A DNA stretch of 64,000 bases from Phycisphaerae bacterium (GTDB lineage Bacteria > Planctomycetota > Phycisphaerae > UBA1845 > Fen-1342), in contig CAXXWX010000019.1 of the NCBI GenBank assembly GCA_963675745.2, forward strand, positions 128,001 to 192,000, in the 5' to 3' direction. Position 1 is the first letter of the stretch. Every line of letters starts with the position of its first letter. The notes below the pieces were generated by a model. That model searched no databases and was not told the origin of the DNA. It saw nothing but the letters and a program-made list of their open reading frames with translations. Shown in pieces: positions 9,225 through 19,700 of this stretch. The position numbers and the translations under genes were made by a program.

Positions 9225-10196
9225 TCAACGTTGCCCTGCTGCCCGCCGACTGGCGACAAGCAGATCATCGGCGATCTCAAGCAGGCCGTCTGCGTTCTCG
9301 ACATTCTCCCGCCACCGAGCGGGAATCGCGTCCAGACCGTTGTACGCGCCGCTGATCGCACCGGCGATACACGCAATGCCGTCCGAATCCCCAACGGTGT
9401 TGGCCCCCGTCAGCACTGTCTCGCCGTAGTCGCCGGGCGTCCGGCAGAAGCAGTACAGGGCGCTGGCAACCGCCTCGTCGCCGATCCATGCCTCACCTAG
9501 AACACCGCTTCTGAGGACGTCGTCGGGTGGCTTGGCGAGCACGACCGGCACACGCTCAATCAGGCTTACGATCTCATCGTTGTCCTCCATCGACCGCAAT
9601 ACGCCAATCAGCCGGGTTGGGTACTCTCGGGGGTCGTCCCCGAGCAGCGCCCAAGCCACCGGTAAAGCCGCACCGGCGGCGGCGGCGAGCGCCGTCGAAT
9701 GCCCATGGGTGAGCAGCGAGCTAGCGCGCGCGACTTCGATGAGCTTCAATTCGTCGTCGTGGTAGAACGGGCCGATGGGAGCCGTCCGCATCGCACTGCC
9801 GCAACCCTTCGACCCCGTCACGCCCGCTTCACGCCACGGGATGCCCGCTTCTAGGTTCTCGCAGCCGGTTCGGCACGTATGACCCGGCGCGCGGTCGTTG
9901 TCGGGTGAGTTGTTCCAGCGCACAGACTCCTCCGCCATCACGCCCATGAGTTCATCAAGAGGCTGATGCCCAACTCGAATGAGCGCCCGAGCAACCGCCA
10001 GGCTCATCTGGGTATCGTCGGTGTACGTCCCGGCCGGGTGCCGGTCCGGTTCGAAATCCGTCACGCCGTCGGGGCCGAACTTCTCGCGAATAGCATCCAG
10101 CGATATCAGGAACTCCGTCGGACGCCCGAGAGCGTCGCCGACGGCCAGGCCGATGACCGCGCCTTGAAACCGGCTCAGCATGTCAGGCGTCGTCAT
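9225..10196 (-). CDS. ADP-ribosylglycohydrolase (DraG/ARH family)
   Basis: VGDALG, YTDDTQM, GCGSAMRTAPIG, LTHGH, GDSDGIACIAGAISGA. Confidence 0.92.
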   Translation of the reverse strand: MTTPDMLSRFQGAVIGLAVGDALGRPTEFLISLDAIREKFGPDGVTDFEPDRHPAGTYTDDTQMSLAVARALIRVGHQPLDELMGVMAEESVRWNNSPDNDRAPGHTCRTGCENLEAGIPWREAGVTGSKGCGSAMRTAPIGPFYHDDELKLIEVARASSLLTHGHSTALAAAAGAALPVAWALLGDDPREYPTRLIGVLRSMEDNDEIVSLIERVPVVLAKPPDDVLRSGVLGEAWIGDEAVASALYCFCRTPGDYGETVLTGANTVGDSDGIACIAGAISGAYNGLDAIPARWRENVENADGLLEIADDLLVASRRAAGQR

Positions 10197-10329
10197 GGTT
10201 GGGGCTCCCTGGTCTGCTCTGGCAGCTGCCGGTGCTGTAGCGCGTTCCTGCTTAATAAACGCAACAAAACGCGTACTATCATAGGGGAGCTTATCTATTG
10301 GCTATCCCGATCCCTGCCAATAGGCAAGC

Positions 10330-10710
10330 CTACAGCAAGACGCCGGGGGCCTTGGGCCAGTTCGCCACGATCTGGACAACCTCCCGCACCCACGCACATT
10401 CGCACTGGACAGGGCACCGCTTCAATTCCTCGCGGCGCAGACAATACGTAGGGCATTCGTCAGTTCCCGTCATACGCTTCGCAAAAACGGGGCCATCGTA
10501 CAGGTCCACGAACTCGCCTACGTGGACGGCGAGCGTTCCCTCACACGAGTGATTGAACAGCAAGTGTCCTGCCACCAGGTCATCGAAAGAGGCTTGATAG
10601 CCGACTATCTCAACACTCGAATCGGCTAGAAAACCCTCGCGCTCTGCCCACAGAAAGCCGCACATCGGGCAGCGCTTGAATACGGAAGGCTCTTGCTGAG
10701 TTGAAACCAC
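10330..10710 (-). CDS. Small Cys-rich hypothetical protein (probable metal-binding)
   Basis: CPMC, NHSC, CPTYC, CPVQCEC; GTG start chosen at 10710 after GAGG. Confidence 0.65.
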   Translation of the reverse strand: MVSTQQEPSVFKRCPMCGFLWAEREGFLADSSVEIVGYQASFDDLVAGHLLFNHSCEGTLAVHVGEFVDLYDGPVFAKRMTGTDECPTYCLRREELKRCPVQCECAWVREVVQIVANWPKAPGVLL

Positions 10711-10918
10711 GGCAGCCTCATCTCTCACGGAGATGTCCCGTGTGCTGCAGCCATCACGCTGATTGTACCAGAACCGCCGTATCAAGCGCCGCCGCGAATG
10801 GTGATCACACCTGGCAGCAACGCCGCGGCCGTGAGTGTTCCTCGTAGCCGACGTCTGGCGATCATTGCCGCGTGGGCCGCAACCCGTCGACCCAATGTTC
10901 CCGTAACGGAGATTCGCC

Positions 10919-12502
10919 ATGCCGAACGACCCATTCTGCGCCCAGATTGTCGACTACGTTCTGAGCGGGCACGCGTTCCTGCATTGCCCAACGACTGAGA
11001 AGACCCGCTTTCTGGCCGAGCTGAAGACCGTTGCCGAGGCCCTGCCCGAAGGTGGCCGTACTGTCTTCGTGTGGTCGCACGCCACCGGATGGCGTGACGC
11101 CGACGGCAACCCCGCCAAGTCCGCATCCGGTACCGACTTCGGCCAACCGGACCCGCAGGCTGTCGCGCAGCAGATCCTCGATCTGCCTGAGAACGCTATC
11201 TTCACATTGATGGGCTTTGGCCACTACATCCAACACAAAACGTACTCCTATGCCGATGTCGTTGTTGCTTGGTTGTGTGAGATCCGCGACGTGCTGGCGG
11301 CCACGGGGCGTACCGTCATCTTCCTCGGCCCCGAGTTCGACGTGCCGCCCGCCCTGGCCAACGACGTAACGACAGTCGAGTTCCCGTTGCCGGACGACGG
11401 TGCTATCGAGCAGAGCGTGAAGTTCGTCATGGACGGCCATGAATTCGACGAAACCGCGGTGCCCCTCATCGTCGGGGCCTGCCGCGGCATGACGCAGCAG
11501 CAGGTCGAGGATCGCGTGGCGTTGGCGTTGAGGAAGTTCAAGACACTAAACGGCGATGCGGCCAAGCTTATCTTGAATGAGAAGGCCGAGGTCCTCCGTC
11601 GCAGCGGCCTGCTCAAGTACCAGGAGCCTCCGGAGGGCGGCCTGACCCAGATCGGAGGTGCCGACGCCATCAAGGAGCACATTCGACGCGATAAGGCGTG
11701 TTTCACACCTGAAGCGAAGGCATTCGGGATCGATACGCCGCGTGGCCTCATGCTCACCGGCATCTCGGGTTGCGGCAAGACGGCGATCTCTCTCGCCGCC
11801 GCCGCCGAATTAGGCGTGCCGCTGATCCAGTTCGACGTCGGCAACATGATGAGCAAATGGGTCGGCGAGAGCGAGGGCAATACCCGTAACGCGTTACGAC
11901 AGGTGGAGGCGATGGCCCCCTGCGTGTTGCAGATCGACGAAGTCGAAAAGGGCTTCGGCACCGTGGGCGGCGACGGCGACAGCGGGGCCAGCCTGCGGAC
12001 GTTCGGTACGTTGCTCAAGTGGATGAGCGAGCGAACCTGCCCCGTGTACATCGTCATGACCGCCAATGACGTCTCGAATCTGCCGCCGGAGTTCACGCGA
12101 AAGGGCCGGATCGACGAGATCTTCGGCGTCTGCCTGCCGACGCCCGAGGAACGCCGGGAGATCTTCGCCATTCACCTGCGGCTGCGGCAGCGTGACCCAG
12201 AGATGTCTGATCTGGATGCTCCGGTGGCGGCGACCGACGCGTACACCGGGGCCGACATCGAGCAGGTGGTGGTCACCGGCCTCAAGCTGGCGTTTCACGA
12301 CAGCAAAGAGTTGACCACCGAGCATCTGTTGCAGGCCGCACCAGAGGTTCGGCCGCTGTCGCAGACCGACCCTGAGCGGGTGGCTGCGATGACGGAGTGG
12401 TTGAACGGCCACGCGAAGCCCGCGAGCAGTGTAGGGCCAGGCAACGACGGGCGGGCCACCAATACGAATGGGCGGAAGCCACGTCGGTCATCGCGCAACT
12501 GA
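10919..12502 (+). CDS. AAA+ ATPase (Ycf46/SpoVK-like)
   Basis: Walker A GISGCGKT, Walker B LQIDEVEK, TAN sensor, RKGRIDE. Confidence 0.9.
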   Translation: MPNDPFCAQIVDYVLSGHAFLHCPTTEKTRFLAELKTVAEALPEGGRTVFVWSHATGWRDADGNPAKSASGTDFGQPDPQAVAQQILDLPENAIFTLMGFGHYIQHKTYSYADVVVAWLCEIRDVLAATGRTVIFLGPEFDVPPALANDVTTVEFPLPDDGAIEQSVKFVMDGHEFDETAVPLIVGACRGMTQQQVEDRVALALRKFKTLNGDAAKLILNEKAEVLRRSGLLKYQEPPEGGLTQIGGADAIKEHIRRDKACFTPEAKAFGIDTPRGLMLTGISGCGKTAISLAAAAELGVPLIQFDVGNMMSKWVGESEGNTRNALRQVEAMAPCVLQIDEVEKGFGTVGGDGDSGASLRTFGTLLKWMSERTCPVYIVMTANDVSNLPPEFTRKGRIDEIFGVCLPTPEERREIFAIHLRLRQRDPEMSDLDAPVAATDAYTGADIEQVVVTGLKLAFHDSKELTTEHLLQAAPEVRPLSQTDPERVAAMTEWLNGHAKPASSVGPGNDGRATNTNGRKPRRSSRN

Positions 12503-12527
12503 CTGAGAGATTGCTCCGTGGGGACAA

Positions 12528-13280
12528 TCAGATGATCCCATCATCCTGAGCCCAATCATGTTCGTCGTACGACGCGAAGATCGCCGCGTCCAGCACGCAA
12601 GGATAGACACGACACGTCCGGCACAACGCCTGCACGCCGTTCAGCACAAAACCGTAGTAGTTGGCGTCTGACAGGCCGGCCGCGGTCAGTTTCACGGGGA
12701 ACCCCAAATCGTTGAGCCACTTCGTGATCCGGCTGTCCAAGGGGATTTCGTAGCGGGTGAGCCCCGCCGACTGGAGCAGGTTGCGCGCCTGCTTGGGACC
12801 GAACCCTGCGAGATGGTTGACGACAAACTCAGCCGCCGCACGCTCCGTGGCAACGTCGCCGCCGGGCTCCAACCGCCGCACCCAGCACATCGTTTCCTTC
12901 CACAACCCGCCCTCCAGCTGATGCAGGTTCTCCGTGACCTCGGCTGCAATCCGCTTCCATCGACGGAGGCCACCGAACTGTCTCAGTGTTCGTTCCGAGA
13001 AACCCGTAAGGTCGGTCCGCGCCATGCACGTGGCGTAGCTCAGGGGGAATGGCGTCTCGTTCATGAACCGCGTCACGGCAGAGTCGGGGCCTGACCGTTG
13101 CTGTGTCGTTAGAAGGCAGGATACGAGACGGAACCACAACCGGGGTTTCGTCACTTTCGGCCGATCGCGCTGTACGTTCATTTTGATACGGTTCTGAACG
13201 AAGCATCTGTGCTTCTGCTCGCTCAGTAGGTCACGGACGCGTCGCACATCTTGCGCGCTGATACGCCAGATGATCCTCAT
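12528..13280 (-). CDS. HhH-GPD superfamily-like protein (possible DNA glycosylase)
   Basis: HhH-like LAGFGPKQARNLLQ followed by IPLDSRI; CVLDAAIF; real start M at 13280, not 14027. Confidence 0.6.
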   Translation of the reverse strand: MRIIWRISAQDVRRVRDLLSEQKHRCFVQNRIKMNVQRDRPKVTKPRLWFRLVSCLLTTQQRSGPDSAVTRFMNETPFPLSYATCMARTDLTGFSERTLRQFGGLRRWKRIAAEVTENLHQLEGGLWKETMCWVRRLEPGGDVATERAAAEFVVNHLAGFGPKQARNLLQSAGLTRYEIPLDSRITKWLNDLGFPVKLTAAGLSDANYYGFVLNGVQALCRTCRVYPCVLDAAIFASYDEHDWAQDDGII

Positions 13281-13310
13281 CGTAAGCTCACCTTCCAGAA
13301 GGAGGCCACC

Positions 13311-14285
13311 ATGACTACAATCGCCGCGCCCAGTGTACCCCCGGCATCGATCGCCGAGGACATCGGGCCAATCAACCTCTACAAACTCGGCATGCTGTTC
13401 GTGATCAAGTGCCGCTATTGGTCTTGCCGGGCTGGCAACGACGCTGACGACCTGGAACTCAGCTCGGACCGGATCGACGCCAAGGCCATTGCCTCGTTCG
13501 GCACCAAGGATCTGCTCGACCCGATCATGACCCGCAAACGATTCCAGCAGATCGAGAAGAAGGCTCGGCATGCATTGGAAAAGCACTCGCGGCCGTTCGC
13601 CGCCGCCAACGCTCATTTCGTGCCCTGGAACCACGTTCAGGCGGTCATCGAGCAACTGGAGGCCCTGCGGACCGAGTTCGACGAGGCCACGCAGCAGTTC
13701 ATCGCCGCCTACCCGGCCCTGCGCGCCGAGTGGCAGGCTCTGCACCCTGGGATCCCCGATGCGTGCTACCCGTTGCCCATGGCGCTGCCCGCCAAGTTCT
13801 GCTTGTCCTGGCACGCGTTCAAGGTGACCGGTGCTCCGGAGTTGACGCCGGTAGAGGACATCGAGATGGAGCTGGAGCAGCGGCGGGCTCGCGACGAGCA
13901 GGTCCAGTTGATGGAGCAGAACCTCCACCGCGAGTGCCAGCAGTTCGTCGAGCAGTATATTCTGGGTTTTCGCGGGGAGGTGGCCGAGTTCTGCGACCAG
14001 GTGATTACTCAGAAAGGCCAGGTCCACGGCAAAACGCTCACCGCCATCCGCGACCGCATCGATCGCTTCAACGCCATGAACGTCTTCGGCGACGCTGATG
14101 CGGCGGTGAAGCTCACGCAGCTCAAGCAGCAGATCGCCGGGCTAACCGGGCAGAATCTCGCGCAGCAGCCCGCTGTCGCCGCCAAGCTGAGCCAGGCGTG
14201 CCAGATGCTCAAGAACCACATCCTGAATCGCGACGCCGTCAGCCAGCTTACGGGACGGTTGAAGCGGCGGGTGGTGTTGGATTGA
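13311..14285 (+). CDS. DUF3150-like protein of integrative elements
   Basis: AGGAGG RBS; ASFGTKDLLDP...FVP...F...Y...W pattern; context next to AAA ATPase. Confidence 0.7.
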   Translation: MTTIAAPSVPPASIAEDIGPINLYKLGMLFVIKCRYWSCRAGNDADDLELSSDRIDAKAIASFGTKDLLDPIMTRKRFQQIEKKARHALEKHSRPFAAANAHFVPWNHVQAVIEQLEALRTEFDEATQQFIAAYPALRAEWQALHPGIPDACYPLPMALPAKFCLSWHAFKVTGAPELTPVEDIEMELEQRRARDEQVQLMEQNLHRECQQFVEQYILGFRGEVAEFCDQVITQKGQVHGKTLTAIRDRIDRFNAMNVFGDADAAVKLTQLKQQIAGLTGQNLAQQPAVAAKLSQACQMLKNHILNRDAVSQLTGRLKRRVVLD

Positions 14286-14335
14286 CGCGCGTGCGCCGAG
14301 CGCATGCCCATCAACTCGCTTCCAAGGAGTCCGTC

Positions 14336-14645
14336 ATAAATACCACCACCACCGCGCCGAACACACTGCGACTCGGCGGCCTGCTGCTGGAGCAGGTCAC
14401 ACCAGCGAGCGATGTTCTGATCGCCCGCACTGAACATTGCAGGTGCGCCGCATCACGTCACCCTCGTGCAAGTCCAAGACGTCGACGACGATGGCGGAGT
14501 TCGACAAGTCGCCGTCCACGATCCGGACGCCCAGTTCAGCAACTTCGCGGGGGCTGATCCGGGAGGCGACGGCCCGTTCTGTACTCTCACTATTCCGGGA
14601 TGTCCGGGCGAGTGGGTGCTGCTGATCTCGCCGTTCTGCCGGTAG
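14336..14645 (+). pseudogene. Degraded small ORF (ATA in place of start codon, frameshift near 14425)
   Basis: AAGGAG RBS then ATA; joined frames give ...HVTLVQVQD...DPGGDGPFCTLTIPGCPGEWVLLISPFCR*. Confidence 0.5.
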
Positions 14646-14841
14646 AACCCGCAGCGTTAATCAGCCAGGGTACGGCCCAGCAGCTGGATGTGACGGCCAC
14701 GCTGAGTCAAGCGTGTCAGGAATGCCCTCCGACGCCTGCCGAGATTAGTCGAGCCGCCGCGGTATAATGAACATGCCCGCCTGCAGAACTGGCTACCGGG
14801 CGTACCGTACGGCAACCGCCGGAGGAGGCCAGGACGACGCA

Positions 14842-15708
14842 ATGCGACAGACCGCACCCGCTACGGCTCTCGCGACGATGATCCTCACCGGCGGGCTTGT
14901 GGCTCCAGCCGCCGGGCAGGGTCCACAGTTTCTGCCAGCACAGCACGTCGGTACCGTCCAACATGCCTCAATCGACGAGGCGTCCGGACTGGCAGCCAGC
15001 CGCGCAAACCCCGGTGTGCTGTGGGTCCACAACGACTCGGGCGATACGGCCCGTGTTTTCGCGATGAACGTCCAGGGCACGCACCTGGGCATCTACAACC
15101 TCAGCGGCGCGTCGGCCACTGACTGGGAAGACACGGCGGTCGGCCCCGGGCCGGTCGAGGGTCAATCATACCTCTACCTCGGCGACATCGGCGACAACAA
15201 CGCTGTGCGGTCCACCATCCGCGTGTACCGTGCTCCCGAACCTGCCGTCAGTCCGTCGCAGCCACCCGTGAATGTCGACCTGTCGGACGTCGCCACGACC
15301 ACGCTCCAGTACCCGGACGGCCCGCGCGACGCCGAGACGCTGATGATTGATCAGGCGACCGCGGACCTGTACATCGTCTCCAAGCGCGAGACGCCCTCGC
15401 GGCTCTATCGGGCCGCGTTCCCGCAATCGACGAGCGAGACGATCTGCTTCCACGGGACGGGCCGCGGCTACTACACGGTTAGCGAAGGATCCTCCCAGCC
15501 CATTTACTACTACGAGCGCGTACCCGAGCCCGGAGACCTCGACAGCGATGGCGACGTCGATGTTGGTGATTCCGTAGTCCTGGCGGACTGCCTCTCCGGG
15601 CCGGCCGCGGTTCCCGCACTCGGCTGCGAGGACGCTGATCTGACCACCGACAGCGACGTCGACGTGGCCGACCTCGCGAAATTCCAGCAGCTACTCATTG
15701 GACCCTGA
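14842..15708 (+). CDS. Secreted beta-propeller-like protein with dockerin-like tail, probably internally deleted
   Basis: Signal peptide; EASGL, HNDSG, DWED, GDIGDN, DAETL; tail VPEPGDLDSDGDVD..ADLTTDSDVD. Confidence 0.7.
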   Translation: MRQTAPATALATMILTGGLVAPAAGQGPQFLPAQHVGTVQHASIDEASGLAASRANPGVLWVHNDSGDTARVFAMNVQGTHLGIYNLSGASATDWEDTAVGPGPVEGQSYLYLGDIGDNNAVRSTIRVYRAPEPAVSPSQPPVNVDLSDVATTTLQYPDGPRDAETLMIDQATADLYIVSKRETPSRLYRAAFPQSTSETICFHGTGRGYYTVSEGSSQPIYYYERVPEPGDLDSDGDVDVGDSVVLADCLSGPAAVPALGCEDADLTTDSDVDVADLAKFQQLLIGP

Positions 15709-16778
15709 GAGAATTGCGGTGGAGAGCCTCACCACGCGGCATGCCTGGTCAAGTGCGTCGGCAACGCTTTGCGCTGGTGCATAACCCCGGGAACTCCCTG
15801 CGGCGCTTGTCGCCACCGAGGCCGTCCTGGCCTGCCGTCGCACGAATGTATCCGCTTGCGTGTCGGACACCCTCGGCGACCTCCGTATCGCGACGGGCAC
15901 GCGGTCTGCCTGCCTTGTCGGGTTTGCGATACCCGTTGTCCGTCGCGGACGCAGCCGGTTGCCCGATGGTCACGGAACCTCAGCGGCGGGGGCAGCATCT
16001 GAACGGTGGTCGGGCACCTGCCAACCGGGTAGGTCAGTCATCCCCGGTTCGGCGGCACACGGAGAAGGGCTGCCCCCACCTGAGGTGGGGGTGGTCGAAC
16101 AGGATATGTTCAGCTTGGGAAGCGAGGATCAGCCCCTGACCGATGGCTCTCAAAGCACTGCACTTTAGGGAGGTTAGCGTGATTCGTGGACTTCGCAAGC
16201 TGGCGCATTTTGACGCGTTTCGGCGCGTCTTGTGGCAGCACTACCACTTTAGGCACCCCGGCGCTCGGGCGCTCCCGCCCTGGCGCGCGGTCGCGTACAG
16301 CACCAGGCCGCTGCGTGCCTCCGCCGCGGTTTACAAAACCGCTGGCTAGATCCGTAACCAACGAATACACAGCGAGTTATGGCGAAATCGAATCGCCCGC
16401 CCGCTCATGCCCCGCAGTTCGTCTCCGAATGACGCTGAAGACAGCGAGTTGTCGCGCGTCATTGCCGCATGTCACCACAGCCGAGGCCCCGCCGATGCGA
16501 GCCTCAGCCGGGTTCCTGGTGACGGAGTATACGGGGCAGGCGCTGGCTGACGGTTGAGTACCCGCCGGCTTGTGGGGTGTACGTGAACGGCCGAGCTTCT
16601 CGATACGTGCATTGCCAGATTCGATTCGGGTGGGTCCGTTACACACCCGGCGGAAGTCCACTGAAGTTCGTGCGGTGCGTGTGTTCGTACGCCTCATGTA
16701 CCGGTGCCAACCGGTTGCCACCGGCCAGCCCCAATGGCTTGCGCGCTGCTCGCGTCAATTGTCACTGCTCGACAGGCG

Positions 16779-19700
16779 CTATTCTGGATTGCCGTACAGG
16801 ACAAAGGCGGACCAGTAGTATGGGTGCTCGTAGGGGTGGTCGGAGTCGGCGGAGTCGGGGACTGGTTGATGGGCCACCTCCGCACCGCGTTCTTCCGGCG
16901 GCGTGTCGTCAACCATGGCTAGTGGGCCGCTGTTCTGCAACTTCCTCAGCTCATCCCGTGTCAGATTGCGCAGCCAGTGCTTGGCCTCGTCGAGCGCCGC
17001 CAGCTTCGAGAGGCATTCGCCAGGCTGATACGTGCGCCGGTGCGCCGTGCGTGGTTCGTCGAACCGGCCCAGCAGATTCTCGTACAGCCGCACCATCAGC
17101 AGGCTGGTCGCTGTGTCATCCACCTTCCACAAGCTGGCGACCACCGTCGGTACGCCCGCCGCGTGGAAGCCCAGCGGGAGCATCATCACGCTGTCGCCGC
17201 GTTTGATGCCACGGCCGGTGTCACACGCGCTCAACACGGCCAACTCGCAGCCCTTGAGCTTGCCAAGCCAGTGACTGAGCAACTCGTCGAGTGTCAGAAA
17301 GCCTATGTCGTCCGGCGAGGGACTCTCCGGCATTGTTAACGCTAGACTGGCGTCATAGGGCCGCTCGCGACTGCCCGTCAGGCCGTGCGTCGCCAAGTGC
17401 AGGAAGCGTGGCACACGCTGGCGCAACGACTCGCGCAACTGCGGAGCGGTGGCGGCATCACCGATGAGCACGATCGCTCCATCGCCGAAGAGCCCGGCGA
17501 TCGATTCCGCCTCACGCTTCGTACCGGGCAGCGGCGGCAGGGATCCGCCGAACAGACGCACCTGGTCAAGGGCCGAAACCTCAGCGGCCTTGCTCTCAAG
17601 CGAACGTGTGGCCGACGCGATCGCTCGAAGACCATTGGCCGGCGCGCTGCGGTCAAGCTGCACACCCATGCGACCGGGAGCCAGCATTGTCTCGACCTCC
17701 TCGCCGTCGCGCCACAGCGTCACCGCGACGTCGCGCGAGTCGGCGCCGCGCTCGCCGGCCTGGACCGCCTTGTTGACCTTGTCGATGGAGCCAACCAGCG
17801 CTTGGTAATCGGCTGCGTCCTGCTCGGCATAGCTGAGGATCACATCACCTCGCCGCAGGCCGGCTTGTGCAGCGTTGGAGCCTTCCACCACCATCGAGAC
17901 GAGCACGCCTTTGTCGGGATAATCCGGATCGGCGGGCGCATCACGATCGAAAATCGGGGCACCCAGCACGACCACGTTATCTGTGCCTCGCGCGGTCGAG
18001 CGTCTTTCTTGCATACGCAGATAGGCTGTTGCTGAGGGCGCGTACGCGATGGGGATGTCGATCCCGAGCGCCTTGAACGGAATTCCATCAAGCAGGCCGT
18101 CAGTGAGAATTACGAGGCGCTTGGCGCCGACGATGCTCTCCCGGATCTCATCAGGCACCAGCTTTTCGATCAGCTCCTCAGCATTGAGCGCCGGTGTTAT
18201 GGTGTTCGGCCGCGTTGCAAGTTGTTGTCGCACCGCCCGTACCCGTTCGGCCAATTCGCCAACCTCACCCACTCCCGCAGCCAGAAACACGCTACGCACT
18301 TCGCCGCAGCCCGCTGGTGGTGTAACAATCAGTAGTACGGTGTCCGCGCTCCAGGCGTAGGTCAGCACTATCTCGTCGCGTTTCAACCGTGCGCGAATCT
18401 CGCCCGTGCTCAGCACCTGCGCGACGGGAAACAGGCCGCGCAGGGCAATGAGTACATCGCTGCCGGCCTGCATCAATGTCTGTCTCTTATGCGCCACATC
18501 GTTGACCAAACCCGCGATTTCCTGGTCAAACCGCGCCAGTTTGGCTTTCCGATCATCCGGTGCGACATCGGAGCGCGATTCGAGTGCCTGACGCTCCTTT
18601 TGCCGAGCGACAAGCAGAATCTCCACGTCGTTGAGGCTGATGCGCGACTGCGCCTCATCTGCCAGAGCCATCTCCAAACGGCGCGCACGTTCAGGTTCTC
18701 CGAGAACGTGGATTTCTGCAGCCATGCTACGCGCGGGGCGTTCGAGCAGATCAAGCAACGCCCGTGCCCGGCCGCGTTCGAGAATTCCTGTCGCTTCGTT
18801 GCGTCGATTAGCTTGCAAAAGCACGCGAGCGTATGAGATTGCACGTCGGTTCAGATCGAGCTCCTGGGCGAACGCCGCTCGCTCTCGCTCACCGCCGACG
18901 ATCTGGGTTCGCATCCGTTCGCTAATCTCAAACGCCTCGCGCGAGAACGGCTCGGCCTCGGCCAGCGCTCCACGGGTTTGGAGGATGCCCGCGAGGTTGT
19001 ATAGGTAGTGCGCTACGTCAGGATGGTCGCCGGGGAAGAGGCGCTGTGCCATCGCCAGTGCGTCCTGTTGAATCGACTCGGCTTGCACAAGCCTACCGCG
19101 GTTCTTTAGGATGACCGCGAGGTCGTTCAGACTGCTGGCGATGCGCGGGTGATCGCCGGGGAAAAGCCGCTGGCGCATCGCCAGCACATCACGAAGAAGC
19201 GCTTCAACCTCGGCCAATTCCCCGCGTTTCTCCAGCGTGTGTGCCAAGTTACTCAGGCTCGTCGCGACGCTGGGGTGATCGCCTGGGAAAAGTCTCTGAC
19301 GCATCGCGAGCGCGTCCCGGTCGAGCAGCTCAGCCTCGTTCAGCATCCCGCGAGCCGACAGGAGGGACGCGAGGTTGCTTAGACTGGTTGCCACTTCGTG
19401 GTGGTCGCCGGGAAACAACCGCTGGCGCATCGCGAGAGCATCACGGTCGAGCAGCTCGGCCTCCGCCAGTGCGCCGCGGGACGACAAGACGAACGCGAGC
19501 GTGCTTAGGCTGGTCGCCACGGCCGGATGGTCGCCGGGGAAGAGCCGCCTGTACATCGCCAGCGCGTCGCGACACAGCGGTTCGGCCTCTGCCGGCGCCC
19601 CGGCGCTCTGGAGGTTGATCGCAAGGTCGTTCAGGCACCGGGCAACCTCCGGGTGATCGCCGGAAAAAAGCCGCCGGGTCATTGCCAGGGCGTCGCGGTG

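Noticed and set aside
13281..14027. N-terminal extension of the 499-aa minus ORF
   Set aside because: Antisense shadow of the DUF3150-like gene
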